A DNA stretch of 64,000 nucleotides. Origin: Lingula anatina. Its lineage: Eukaryota > Animalia > Brachiopoda. Location: positions 12,214,001-12,278,000 of the forward strand of contig CM120645.1 in the NCBI GenBank assembly GCA_051362555.1. Direction: 5' to 3'. Made by a program: the position numbers and the translations under genes. Below the pieces are notes generated by a model, which had not been told where the DNA came from, searched no databases, and worked only from the letters and a program-made list of their open reading frames with translations. Shown here one piece after another: positions 1 through 12,162 of the stretch. Each line of letters opens with the position of its first letter. Position 1 is the stretch's first letter.

Positions 1-83
1 GCTGGTTACGTCGTATGTGAGCATTTCATATCTTTTCTCCAAATTCTGCTGGTCTTGTTTTCATGCCTATTTCCGGTGACGCG
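1..83 (-). promoter_or_regulatory. Third copy of the putative GAL3ST promoter/first exon, running off the left edge
   Basis: Bases 1-~200 match 12620-12835 and 32085-32300, including ATTTCCGGTGACGCG at 69-83. Confidence 0.4.
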
Positions 84-789
84 AATGTGCTGTTAACCAA
101 TTTTGCGTTACCGAAAAAAAGGCACTTTACATATAAATGTAGATGTGTGTAGCTTATTTGCCTTTAGGATATCTGTGGACTTGCAACAATAATACAGAAA
201 AAATGTAATTGCCTTTATGTATATAGTATTATATTATTGGTTATATCATAGAAGTAGTATATAGTACATAATATAGATGGGTAAAGTTCTGAGAAAAAAG
301 AAATGCAAGAATGTCAGCACACGATTTTGCGTAAATTTTCTTAAATAGATATACTTGTAACATTAAGTTATACTAGTTTGTTGAGAGGTAATTGCACACG
401 AGTATCTTGTATTAATGCTTATTCATGAAATATTTATGTATGTACCATGCACTAGATCGCGCATGCACGTGCACGCATTGTGGATAAAAGAAACCTTTAA
501 AAACATTAATAGTAAAACTGTTGCTACCTGGTTACACGTGTCTATATCTAACGGGTCCAGTCATAACTTTGGTTTATAATTTTATTTAGACGGAATGAGG
601 AGGGCTGTTGCTCTTTTAAATATATTTAACGTGTAATTATGATGTGTTAGTTCTTTCAGAAACTTAATCTAAATTAGTACGTATTCTCTGGGATACCGTC
701 TTTTAACAAAGGTATATATATATAGGATAATTTTCTGGAATATGTGGACAACGTTTTGTCCGTCAGGTACAGGGGTCTACCGGTACCAA

Positions 790-1510
790 TCGGGTGACCT
801 AAGTCATTGGTATCACGTGCAAGCCCATTTAGTCAGAAGTCACAATATGTATGGTGGCAGGGTTCAGGGTCCAATACACGGATGTTGGGAATGAAGTGGT
901 TTCCCTTGGATCAATTAATAGTGGACTGGATGTCATAGCGTAAGCACCATATCTGAGCGTGTAAAGGTTACTGTCTTGAAGTTTTTGAGAAAAGACAGGG
1001 AGGAGCAAAATATATTCGAAGAACTTAAAAGAATGGGCAGTGTCCAATAACTTGATGAACAAAATAGATTATTTTACTTGTCATTAGTATGCTTTGAAGA
1101 CCAATATACAGAGTGCAAATGATCTTCCTTAACACCTTTCCAGTGCCAGTCTGCCACACCAGAATCTCGCCACACAAGCAATGCTGGAAACTGAACCGAA
1201 CAGAACCATTGACTGACTCAGTGGTTTACCAGCACCAAAAGCAATACTGAAGCTTCTCTATTGTGAAGTTCCAGGTCATTTAGACTCCCTAACTGTGCTT
1301 GCCTACAGAAAAATCTACAGTGATCTAAGCTATGCGGGTTGAAAACTTGCGATAGTAAGAGTAATGAAGATGAAGATTTAAGCAACAGGCTGTTATATAC
1401 CACGACCGTTTACATAATGAAAGCGTCTGTTTTGTAACTGTTACCACACGCAATCTGACTTTTGACTTAATGGGCTTTCGTATGTGATACCAATGAACCA
1501 TGGTCACCCG
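790..1510 (+). mobile_element. Degenerate DNA-transposon remnant with ~55-bp inverted repeats and an Academ-like (XPG) coding fragment
   Basis: CGGGTGACC..TTGGTATCAC..AAGCCCATT..GTCA(G/A)AAGTCA is inverted at 790-845 and 1452-1510; duplicate at 33130-33880. Confidence 0.5.
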
Positions 1511-1977
1511 TTTTGCATTTTACAGTTTGGATGAAGCTTGTTTCATTGTTTGTTTGCTCTCTCTCCTGTTGTTGAAAAAAGATGATTATACATATATGCT
1601 TTACAGTCGCATTCCACCTATTTCATAGTAACGACACCAGTTGATGACAAGCAATATAATAACAAGCTTGAATAACAAAAATGCGGCAGCCCTCATCATT
1701 ACACACCCAAATAACGTCAGTATAATTCTTGAAAATATATCTGGACAGTATAAAATTATCCAATATTATATTAACTCCAGTCCTCATCAATACAAGCCCA
1801 CATAGCGTGAGTATAATAAAATAGTCCATGAAAATAAATCTGCAAAGTTTAAAATTATACATTATTTAGAACATTATTTTATTAATCCCAGTCATGAGCA
1901 ACTAGACAGCCACACATTTTCATATATGTATTTCCATGATTTTTCGATACCCTCGTTGCCCATCACTTGCCGAAGCT

Positions 1978-2978
1978 TTAATAATGGGAATATATGCCTG
2001 ATACTTGATTGCTGAGTTCTTTTTTGCAATCCTTAAAATGCTCAAGCTTACATTTGCTGAGTATCGCGATTGCTCGACAGAAGAGCGACACCTCACGATC
2101 AAAGTCCGACCCTTGCGACAAAACAGTGTTCAGTAACTTAGTAAAGCCCCCTTTACACTGGACGGCGTTCTTTCTGCGTCCAGCAGTACGGCCCCATTTG
2201 AGAGTTAAAAAAATATAATACTTTGCGTGCCGACAACTGGCCGATCATTGAGCATTTATTCTGATACAAAATCAATGCTCGTGCATCTTTATTAAGACCA
2301 CAGCGATGCCAAATTTCGTGGTCGCAGAAAGGACGCCGTCCAGTGTAAAGGGGGTATAAGGAAGTGGCTATATAACTGATAGTCAGCTTTGCTCCATATT
2401 CCATGTTTCTTCACAGTCGTTTTCTCGTTCACGTATTTGTATTCATATTCCCGTTTGTTTCTTACAACATATAAGATGTCGTCCATGTCCCAGCATAGCA
2501 AGCGGCGTAGTAGCACCAAACTTTCATCAAACATTTCTAAGACGATTACAAAATCGAATTTCTGTTCCAATTACCCGATGTACTCAGCAATAAATCTGTT
2601 GTTGTTCCTGAGATCAGTTCTATCATCTGGGAATCCGTATTCGTATATCATGCCGTTTCTCAAGAAGCCTATATGGCTTGTGACATAGTCGTCGGTCCAA
2701 TACTTGTATGGGTTTTCCATAAATTCCACGATAGGGTTCGTGGAGTTTTTCATATTGAATATCTCCGCAATACCAAAAAAGCTGAAGGCGCTTTGAAACT
2801 GTGAAAGTGGTTCGGGAACTATTCCGACATAAAATGTATCATTTGGCATCATGCTTTCTATCACTTTTGAGTCAAAAACCATATGTTTGTAAATGATATC
2901 ATACGTATGTTATATTTGGGTTATAGTTGGCGTCGTTCACGGTTATTTTTCCTACGGATCATATTCCTTCTAGATGTC
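1978..2978 (-). pseudogene. 5'-truncated GAL3ST-like pseudogene, interrupted by a MITE
   Basis: Homology to the catalytic exon starts only at TSR..MIRRKITVND, so there is no 5'-PSB motif. In-frame stop at ~2571 (EYIG*); 212-bp insertion at 2145-2356. Confidence 0.85.
2145..2356. mobile_element. PIF/Harbinger-like MITE (212 bp)
   Basis: ~32-bp TIR CCCCCTTTACACTGGACGGCGT(T/C)CTTTCTGCG; TAA TSD; empty site in the paralog at ~23097. Confidence 0.88.
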
Positions 2979-3900
2979 TTTTAATGGTTATTGTATGACA
3001 TAGAATAGGCAATGTATTTTTGTTTGCTTGTTGAATTTGATTAATGAACCAATGTCACAATGGCATCAAAGAGATAATTAAAAGTCAGGATTTTAATCCT
3101 TATTTCATTTATCAGTCAGCAAAATAGGAAAAAACTGATAAAAAAGATTTGGCAAAAATTCCATATTAAATGTCATGTCTATATATGCATTAGGTTTAGC
3201 ATCCCCTTCAGACATATTGACTTTCTAATTAAAATAACACATTGATTCTGTTTACATATACCAAAAATCCATTATGCCTCACATCTTGCTATCATTTAAA
3301 AAAAGAAATACAAAAATAGCCGCACAGGATTTTGCTTAAACGCAAGAGAATATAAACAATTTTGAAAAATGTTCCACTGGCAACTTTATTTTATATGAGT
3401 ACCAGTCATTAATGCTTATATATACATGAAGTTGATGTGTAGGGCATTAGATCGCGCATATGTGCAAGCATGCTGGATTTGTAACAGCAATGTAACAAGG
3501 TTATGTTGCAATAAAACAGGCACGAATAATAATGGTACTGAATAATTAACTGCAACCATGTATTTGAATCGTCTTTTTTCTCGGAAAAATAGGTGCAATT
3601 TAGAGCAGTGCACATTATGCACAGTTATCAATTGAATGTGAGATAGGATGAATATAATCTTCAAAGTCTGTTACAGTGCCGCCTGAAATTCCCCTTACTT
3701 ACTCTGTGGGTCGCTGCGGGTTGTTCAGACGGCCTGGCTCGGTAACTATGGAAATAACATTGTCATCCATGCGCTGTTTGGTTTCTGTTAACAATAGTGC
3801 CATGCCATGCCCGTCGGGTAATTATCGTGACAAACTTTCTGCTAACAAAAGAGCCTAACCCTAGCTTGCGGTGGCCCACAAGTGCACTCCAAATTCCAAA

Positions 3901-4272
3901 CGACACTCCCAATTCTAAACCTCACTCCGAATATTTAAACTTCACTCTCAATTCTTAAACCTCACTCCGAATATTTAAACTTCACTCTCAATTCTTAAAC
4001 CTCACTCAGAATATTTAAACTTCACTCTCAATTCTTAAACCTCACTCCGAATATTTAAACTTCACTCTCAATTCTTAAACCTCACTCCGAATATTTTAAC
4101 TTCACTCTCAATTCTTAAACCTCACTCCGAATTCGTAAACCCCACTCCGAATTCGTAAACCTCACTCCGAATTCGTAAACCTCACTCCGAATTGAAAAAG
4201 CTCACTCCGAATTCGCAAACCTCACTCCGAATTCGTAAACGTCACTCCGAATTCAAAAAGCTCACTCCCAAT
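3901..4272 (+). repeat. 20-bp minisatellite, ~18-19 units (CTCACTCCGAATATTTAAAC / TTCACTCTCAATTCTTAAAC / CTCACTCCGAATTCGTAAAC)
   Basis: 20-bp periodicity visible directly; shorter copy at 24641-24930. Confidence 0.95.
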
Positions 4273-4675
4273 TCCACTATGCCAATTCTCATCAAAGTTC
4301 TCTTCGAGAAATCTTATGAAACAGTAATTCGTCTGGGACAAATAATTTTATTTTTTTAGCTGGGCGCTTCCAGTGAAAGGTTCGAGAGAGTTTTAGCAAA
4401 CAGTGCGAATTGTGTTACATTTTGGTTTGCGTGATACATACCTTACGAAAGTAAACCAACAGTTTACGTCACAAGGTCAATTGACTTCTCCAGCTATTTT
4501 CAGTATTTTTCACAATTACACACACACACATACACACACTCTCTCTCGCCAGGGACACAAATTGGGGGCAAGAAGCAATTTACAGGTTTACCATTATAAA
4601 TAAAAGGACAAATTTAGTGACACTGCTCCCAATTTTCTCAACATAGGATTGATACTACTAATAATCCATACATGT

Positions 4676-4930
4676 CAGGGGTGGATCCAGGATTATTTGA
4701 AGGGGGATCTGTTTTTTTTTTTTTTTTTATTTGGAATGGCAGGCTGCACATGCAGAGCTGCCCCCCCCCCCCCCTTATAGGGCGAACAGTGCTATTTGGT
4801 ACATTTTAGAACTATTATTCAAAATTCTAATTTTAACATTGGTGTGATTTTTTTTTTTACAGAATTCAAAAGGGGGGTCAAGACCCCCCTCACACGCCTC
4901 CCCCCCCCCCCCCCCCCCCATCCACCACTG
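4676..4930. mobile_element. Small MITE nested in the foldback element
   Basis: Ends CAGGGGTGGAT..ATCCACCACTG flanked by CATGT direct repeats; poly-C and poly-T tracts; copy at 25333-25595. Confidence 0.6.
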
Positions 4931-5611
4931 CATGTTATTCATTCGAAATCGATTAATAAAGTGTAATTAATCTGATTAATTTCAATTATTAGATTATCTA
5001 TGATCTTAGATGAATATTTCAGCTGCAAAAGAGTGAGGGGCTACTAATTACTATTATCAAGTATACTCGGTTATATAACAGGTACATGTGTGGGCCTACA
5101 GTATATGATAATACGGATTGTTTTGCCCATTTATAAATAATATAAGCCAATGTCGACACCCTGAAACATGTTATCTGTATTAAACATTCATTTCAAAATA
5201 ATCATGTGAAAATGCTTGAAGTTGTAAATAATAAATAACGCACGTTTATTTACATACATGTAGTGCATAAATCTGTTCCTTCCAACGCTGTTTCAACTCG
5301 TAATTCTGTTCTCATATTCATAATACATGTATAAATCCTTAAAACGACACACACAAGAAAACACGTAAACATAATATATTTTAATTGTGACTTGCTGTTA
5401 AGTACATGTATGTTTATCCCTATTTTCTTCATTTCTTCTATTTCCTTGAGCTTAAAAGGGTCATACGTCTACGTCATCATTTTGTGAATGGGAATACAGC
5501 GCACCAAGTAGTATGAAAAATAACTAGTTTTCACACGAAGCCCTCTATTGGCAAAATCCCCTAGCCCATCTTAGAATATTACTTCCGACTTTATACGGCG
5601 GGGTTAAAATC

Positions 5612-5960
5612 AGAGTGAGGTTTACGAATTCGGAGTGAGCTTTTTCAATTCGGAGTGAGGTTTACGAATTCGGAGTGAGCTTTTTCAATTCGGAGTGAGG
5701 TTTACGAATTCGGAGTGGGGTTTACGAATTCGGAGTGAGGTTTGCGAATTCGGAGTGGGGTTTACGAATTCGGAGTGAGGTTTAAGAATTGAGAGTGAAG
5801 TTAAAATATTCGGAGTGAGGTTTAAGAATTGAGAGTGAAGTTTAAATATTCGGAGTAAGGTTTAAGAATTGAGAGTGAAGTTTAAATATTCGGAGTGAGG
5901 TTTAAGAATTGAGAGTGAAGTTTAAATATTCTGAGTGAGGTTTAGAATTGGGAGTGTCGT
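5612..5960 (-). repeat. Inverted partner of the 20-bp minisatellite
   Basis: Reverse complement of 3901-4272 units; copy at 26277-26605. Confidence 0.95.
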
Positions 5961-6655
5961 TTGGAATTTGGAGTGCACTTGTGGGCCACCGCACTAGCTC
6001 GCTGAGATAAAGATCGAAGCTGAGCGTGGTCGCAATTAAGTGTTCGTCCAAGCCTTATTTGACAAGGCGAAGGGTGGCCGGCCGAAAGACTGACTCCTTG
6101 GTTCTGTAGCACACCAAGTAGAAAGTGCGAACGTGACCGCCGTAAATATTTTTAAAGAAATTAGCCTAAATTTTGATACAACTGTTTCTCTTTCATTCTT
6201 TGATTTTAACTCCGCACCTATGTTATTCAAAACGATAGGAATCGTTCATCTTTACGATCTAAACTCCAAACTTAACCAAAAACCTTCTTCATACTTAAAA
6301 GCATCATAGAAAATTAATGTAAAAAGCTGGATTATAATATATCGGGCTAACTGTTTGGTACGTACGTGTCATCTGACATTAATTAACAATCAGTTCAGGT
6401 TAGCTTTATTCATGCCGGGTAAACACAGCGATTTAGCTCTGACTATTACATAATCACTACTGTGTGACACGCGTCGTCTAAAATTAATGTTAACATTGCG
6501 ATGTCGCTCTTCAATCCAAACTATTCAATTTAACCTAATTCTCAATCATCTGACATGTGTCAACAGGATTGATTGTGTATCTGGACTTCCTAAATGGCCA
6601 GTAAGTATTTTGTATAATATGACATGTTTATCTCACTGAAAATGAAGGCCATAAA

Positions 6656-7156
6656 GTGTCACGACAAGCCATTTACTATGTGTTAAAGAAATACGACGAA
6701 GGGTTTGGTATTGCCGATAAGACACGCAGTGGACGTCCTTCAAAGGTTGACCTGCGCCACATGAACGTTATAGACGAGGAGATGACCAAGAATGATGAAT
6801 TGGTGGCCTCAAAACTAAAAACACGTCTCTTTGAGCGAACAGGTCATTTTATTGAGCAGCATGGTATTAATTGGTTTCGCACCCCTCCAGAAAGCCCGGA
6901 CCTCAACCCTATTGAAAACGTATGGGCTGAAATCAAATACCACATGCGTACGCGTGTTAAGCCGACCACGAGAGAACAACTTGTTGAAGGCATTAGAGAG
7001 GCATCGGAAAATATTAACGCAGAAAAGTGTATTAAATATATTAATCACCTAAAGAAGGTGATTCCAGCGGTAATTGAGAGAGAAGGTCGTGCATCAGGCT
7101 ACTTAACTAGCACCAAATGTAATAAAAAAAATATTGAGACATTGTTATTTATTTGA
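6656..7156 (+). pseudogene. Tc1-like transposase remnant
   Basis: HTH plus SPDLNPIENVW; first two catalytic Asp segments missing. Confidence 0.85.
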
Positions 7157-7347
7157 TGTATTAGCTATTTAAAATTGTTCATTTTAATTACGCTTGGGTT
7201 GATCGTGACTTATTATCATCAAGTGAACCTCAAATAAAATTGTTTTTCGTGTTAAAACTAAGCCCGATTTGTTCTTCAGAGTTTTGTTCTCATATTCCAT
7301 CTGCCTTTAATCTATTCATCTGTTGCAGTTGATACAACATAACCCGG

Positions 7348-7892
7348 TGTCACGTGTACGGTCCGTTCTGCGTGAACCATCCGTCCTGACCGATTGTACA
7401 CGCAGCAGACGCGTGTATGAACCGTTCCGTGAATGATCCGTTGTTACTCACCTGTACTGTTATATTCGGCTAGTTCATTCCCTACCAAATTATACATTTA
7501 CTATGATGGGGATAAAGTTCATGTGTTAATTGATAATTTTGATAGAGAATCAGCGTCAAATTACAGCTTGATGCATGGATGAACCTACCATGGACGGGCC
7601 GTCGTTATTCAGCTGCTGGCTACCATTTTAGTACTGATTTTACTAGGCTAGTGTGTTGATATGGCCACCTGAGGGAAATCACAGTAGAGGTGAACATCTA
7701 ATAGATATGAATACTTCTAAATATTATGTTTGAATTTGCAGTATGTTCTCAACAGCGCATGTTTATTAAAGGCTAAGAATGTATTCATGACTATTGAGAC
7801 GGACTGTACACGCCGGAAGTCTCTCAGATTTGCCTGCGCTTTGTGCGCATGAGCAGAACGGATTGTTCACGCTCCAAGCGGTACACGCCACA
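7348..7892. mobile_element. Probable solo LTR (545 bp)
   Basis: TGTCACGTGTAC..GTACACGCCACA termini; 4-bp TSD CCGG; the empty site with a single CCGG is at ~27988 in the duplicate. Confidence 0.85.
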
Positions 7893-8641
7893 CCGGTATT
7901 GCTTGCTCGCGTCGATAGCAACCTCTCTGCATCAGCTATAATAGAAAATTTAAGTGAGGCAACTAAGAAGCAGCAGACCGTGCTCGTTGAACCGACTAAT
8001 TTGGATGTCCGACAAGGATTACTTGCCGATTCCCCTACCCTGTAATTATCATGCGGCCACTATTGTTCGACCATATGGGGCAGGGTTGGGAGACCATGCG
8101 GCCTTTTGGTGAGGGGAATTTGGATCAATATGGATCAATTGCCGCATCAAATCAAATGTCTGCATTTAACAAAAATATATTATTACATTTGCAATCGTAG
8201 CCATAATGTCTACTAGTAACCCTAAGCAACATATTGCCGTAATTTTTAAACGCATTGATTGTACAAGCATAAGGATGAATGGATATCTAGAATTTCTGAG
8301 ACAGACAATTTTGTGCGGGAACGCCCTCTCGTGTTGTTGTAGAAAGATGATTACACAGATCTGCTATATGCAGTCGTATTCCAACTATTTCATATAAACA
8401 ACACCATTTGATGACAAGCACTATAATAAACACTTTAATAATAGAAATAAGCCAGCCCTCATTACTACAAGCCCACCTAGCGTGAGTAATAAAAATAATC
8501 CACGAAAAAATATCTGAACAGTTTAAAATTATACATTATTGTATTAAACCCAGTATTTAACAACTAGACCGCCACACAATTTCCATTTTATGTATTTCCA
8601 TGATTTTTCGACACCTTGGTTGTCCAGGACTTGCGGAAGAT

Positions 8642-10062
8642 TTAACAGCGGGAATATATGCCCGATATTTGATTGCCAAGTTCGTTTTTACAATCCGTTA
8701 AATGTTTAATATTACCCCCAGTGCATTTGCTGAGCACCGCGACTGCTTGACGGAGGAGCGAAACCTCACGCTCAAAGTCCGACCCTTGCGACAAAACAGT
8801 GTTCCGTAACTTGGAAAGGAAGTGGTTATATAATTGATAGTCAGCTTTGCTCCACATCCTATGTTTCTTCATAGTCATTTCATCGTTCACGTTTTTGTAT
8901 TCATATTCCTTTTTCTTTCTTACAACATATAAGATGTCGTCCATGCCCCAGCATAGCAAGCGGCGTAGTAGCACCAAACTTTCATCAAACATTTCTAAGA
9001 CGATTACAAAATCGAATTTCTGTTCCAAGAACCCGGTGTATTCAGCAATAATTCTGTCGTTGTTCCTGAGATCAGTTCTATCATCTGGGAATCCGTACTC
9101 ATACATCATGCCGTTTCTCAAGAACCCAACGTGGCTTGTGACATAGTCGTCGGTCCAATACCTATATGGATTTTCCATAAATTCCACGATAGGGTTCGTG
9201 GAGTTTTTCATATTGAATATCTCCGCAATATGAAAATAATTGAAGGCGCTTTTAAACTGGGAAAATGGTTCGCGAACTATACCGATATAAAACGTATCAT
9301 TTGGCATCATGGTTTCTATCACCTTGGAGTCAAAAAACATGTGTTTGAAAATGATATCATACGTTTTTTTCGGGTCATATTTGGCGTCGTTCACGGTTAT
9401 TTTCCTACGGATCATATCCATTCTAGATGTCCATGGGTAAAAAAATGACTTGTTTTTAGGACGAAGAGGTCTTAACTTATATTTGCGTGAAGCTTGAAGT
9501 AACATTTTGGCCATGGTAGATGAACCGCATTTATGCACTTTTAGAAACATAATATGTCGGGTGGGCTGGCATTGTCCTTTTGGGAGACATTTTATGGGAG
9601 ATACGTTGTAGGCAGACTGCGATAGTGAATACGGAATGTTTCCAATTTCACCTGCAAGCATAATAATAATAATAAAAGTAATTATTATTATTATTCTGCT
9701 ATCATTCATATTTTTATAAACAGATAATAATAATGTTTTATATAAAATTTAAAAATAGATAAGTACATGTAGATAACAAGAGCTTTTTGTTACAAGTAAG
9801 ATAACATAAAAAATTAGTCACGAATCGATATGTAGAATCTAAATTTTTTTTCTGGTGCATAAGACTGATGCTTATTTTATTTTTAAAAACCATTCATGCA
9901 CAAGGTAAAATGCATCCTACCTTTAAGATCACTTCGATGTGGAGGTGGTGACAATGGGATAGGAGTCAATATAGGACCTCTTATAAGACGTGGTAATAAC
10001 AAGTAGACCGCAATGCACAGGAAAAAAGGCACCACAGCGACTAAAAATCTTCTCGACGACAT
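8642..10062 (-). CDS. Galactose-3-O-sulfotransferase-like (GAL3ST family) type II Golgi protein, 383 aa, apparently intact
   Basis: Exon 10062-9921 (MSSRRFLVAVVPFFLCIAVYLLL.., signal anchor, phase-1 donor AAAG/GTAGG) splices in frame to 9651-8642 (acceptor TTGCAG/GT). 5'-PSB motif FLKVHKCGSST, 3'-PB motif VREPFSQFKSAFNYF, and family motifs FDESLVLLRRLLCW and ADYQLYNHF. Confidence 0.9.
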
Positions 10063-11610
10063 GGTCAATATCTACTGACGTAGTACAAGTGATTTTAATC
10101 ACACCATTAACAATCCTTCAGTTGCTCTCGATTTGTGCTAGCTGCTACAGTTAATATAAACATTCGTATAAACGAATGATGTATTGTCGTCTTAAAGGGA
10201 TAATAACTCTTCGTTTTGGCCAAAAAATTAATTTTCCTGGAGTAAACAACAATTTTCCCATACTTACCAATGGTTAATGAATCCATTTTTACATTCAAAG
10301 TTTGTCCCTGTTTTTTTTTTTCTAAAAAGTTTGGTTTTTGTTAAAATCTCTTAAGAGATTATAACTGTGTACAGCCATCAATGGAGGTCACGTGATCTGA
10401 AGACAAGCTTAGATAGCAGAATAATAGCTATAACTGCCGTTTTTGTGGTAAAACAGAATATATTATATTTCTATGAGTTGTTCACAATGTTTTTATTGTG
10501 AAATATGGGTATCATACGAAGAGTTATTATCCCTTTAACCGACACATAAAGTTGATGTGTCGTATATTAGATCGCGCATATGAGCATGCATGATGGATTT
10601 GTAACAGCAATGTTACAAGGTAACGTTGCAAAAAAAAAACAGGCACGAATGACGATGGTACTAAATAATTTACAGCAACCAATTATTCGAATCGTCTTTC
10701 TCTCGGAAAATAGATGCAATTTAGAACAGTGCCCATTGTGCCCGGTTGTCAACTGAATGTGAGAAATGAAGAATAAAATCTTTAAAGTCTCTTCTATGGA
10801 CCATTGAACCAAATGTCTGCATTTTATTGTATTTGCAGTCGTAGCCACAATGTCTAACTGAAAGCAACCTATTGGTCTAATTTTAAAACACGTTGATTGT
10901 ACAGGGATAAGGATGAATGGATATCTAGAATTTCTAAGAGAGACAGATGTGTGCAGTAAGACCCTATCTGTTGTTCAAGAAAGATGATTTTACAGTCGCA
11001 TTCCATCTATTTCATAAAAACAAGCACGATAATAACAAGCTTTAAATAACAGAAATAAGGTAGCCCTCATCATGACAAGCCCACATAGCGTGAGTAATAA
11101 AATAATTCATGAAAATATATCTGCATTGTTAAAAATTATACATTGGCCTCTTCCTTGTTTCAACTCCAGTCATTGACATTTAGACCACATTTTCCATATT
11201 ATGTGAAATCCTTTTTATTTGTGAAAAGATTAGTCACAGCCCTCATTAAATCAATTTAGGTATACAATGTACGTTATGGTTATAAATCTTCTATTAACCG
11301 TTTTGCATATATAGGTGATCACAAAATATTTTTTCATTTATGTCTCCTCCATCCCAGTGTTCCACAAACTTTCATAGTCCCATTCATAACAAGAGAGAAG
11401 GCTACAAAGACTATCGATTGTTCGTGATTTGGCCAAACAAGGCCGCTTTTATTATATAAACTCACTATCCTAATAATTTTAACAATAATAACAATGTAGC
11501 AAATTGTTGCCTGCATTAAATGTTATGGCCTTAGGGATAAAAATTATATATGAAATATTCAATAAGACTCATCATCCTAAAAATTATGATGTGACGAGTC
11601 AGCAAAAGTT

Positions 11611-12162
11611 CAGGCCTAACCAACTACCAGACTCGGCACCTAAGGATCCTGAATTAACCGGTATATGGGACCACACTACCCGTTTTCAAGGTGTGTGTCA
11701 GATCGCATTTCGGAGTATCAGCCAGAACACCGACAAGATGAGCCCTGGCATGCTCGGCTGTCACCTTGATTGGATAGTAAACGATTGTCGTAAAATCGCA
11801 ATATGATTTTAAAACCGGGTGCATAAATTTGAAAGCCACCTAGATGCACCTTAGACTGTCACATTAATCTAATACAATGCAAAAAAAGCCCTATCAAAAG
11901 TGGTTAAAACATTCAAACCGAATGTCGTAAAGTCCCCATATATCCCCATAGAGACAATAAAATGGAGTACTCTAAAGTAAGAGTACAGTTTAAGGTTGTT
12001 CAGCCGAGCGTGGATGAGCCCGCAGTCGTGCTACAAAATTTTTACTGGGGTATGATACTCCGAAATGAGATCTGACACACACCTTGAAAGCGGGTAGCGT
12101 GGTCCGATATACCGGTTAATTCAGGATCCTTAGGTGCCGAGTCTGGTAGTTGGGTAGGCCTG
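11611..12162. mobile_element. MITE (552 bp) with ~110-bp TIRs and 5-bp TSD
   Basis: CAGGCCTA(A/C)CCAACTACCAGACTCGGCACCTAAGGATCC.. is inverted at both ends; TSD AAGTT; empty site at ~31627. Confidence 0.9.

Larger units (their letters stand above)
1..1557 (+). repeat. Duplicated spacer (copy of 32085-33925; partial third copy at 12620-13570)
   Basis: Direct sequence match, with an internal deletion near position 215. Confidence 0.88.
3867..5993. mobile_element. Non-autonomous foldback element with minisatellite TIRs and 6-bp TSD (IS3EU-like)
   Basis: Perfect terminal IR TGCGGTGGCCCACAAGTGCACTCCAAATTCCAAACGACACTCCCAATTCTAAAC; TSD CTAGCT at 3861-3866 and 5994-5999. Confidence 0.85.
3674..8128 (+). 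mobile_element. Internally deleted Tc1/IS630-like element (~4.45 kb including nested inserts)
   Basis: Starts TA|CAGTGCCGCCTGAAATTCCCCT; damaged right end AGGGGAATTT..TA; absent from the paralogous flank at ~10790. ORF 6656-7156 joins an HTH (RSGRPSK) directly to the C-terminal TPPESPDLNPIENVW, with the DD core deleted. Confidence 0.72.

Noticed and set aside
3901-4272. Regular short repeat array resembling a CRISPR array
   Set aside because: Units are contiguous 20-mers with no unique spacers, mirrored at 5612-5960 as transposon arms; eukaryotic context and no cas genes
8847-9448. Plus-strand ORFs repeated in all GAL3ST copies
   Set aside because: Antisense shadows of the sulfotransferase exon
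9652-9709. Hydrophobic N-terminus MNDSRIIIIITFIIIIML of the 355-aa ORF as a signal anchor
   Set aside because: It is translated (ATT)n intronic sequence upstream of the acceptor at 9652; the upstream exon 10062-9921 supplies a typical anchor in the correct phase
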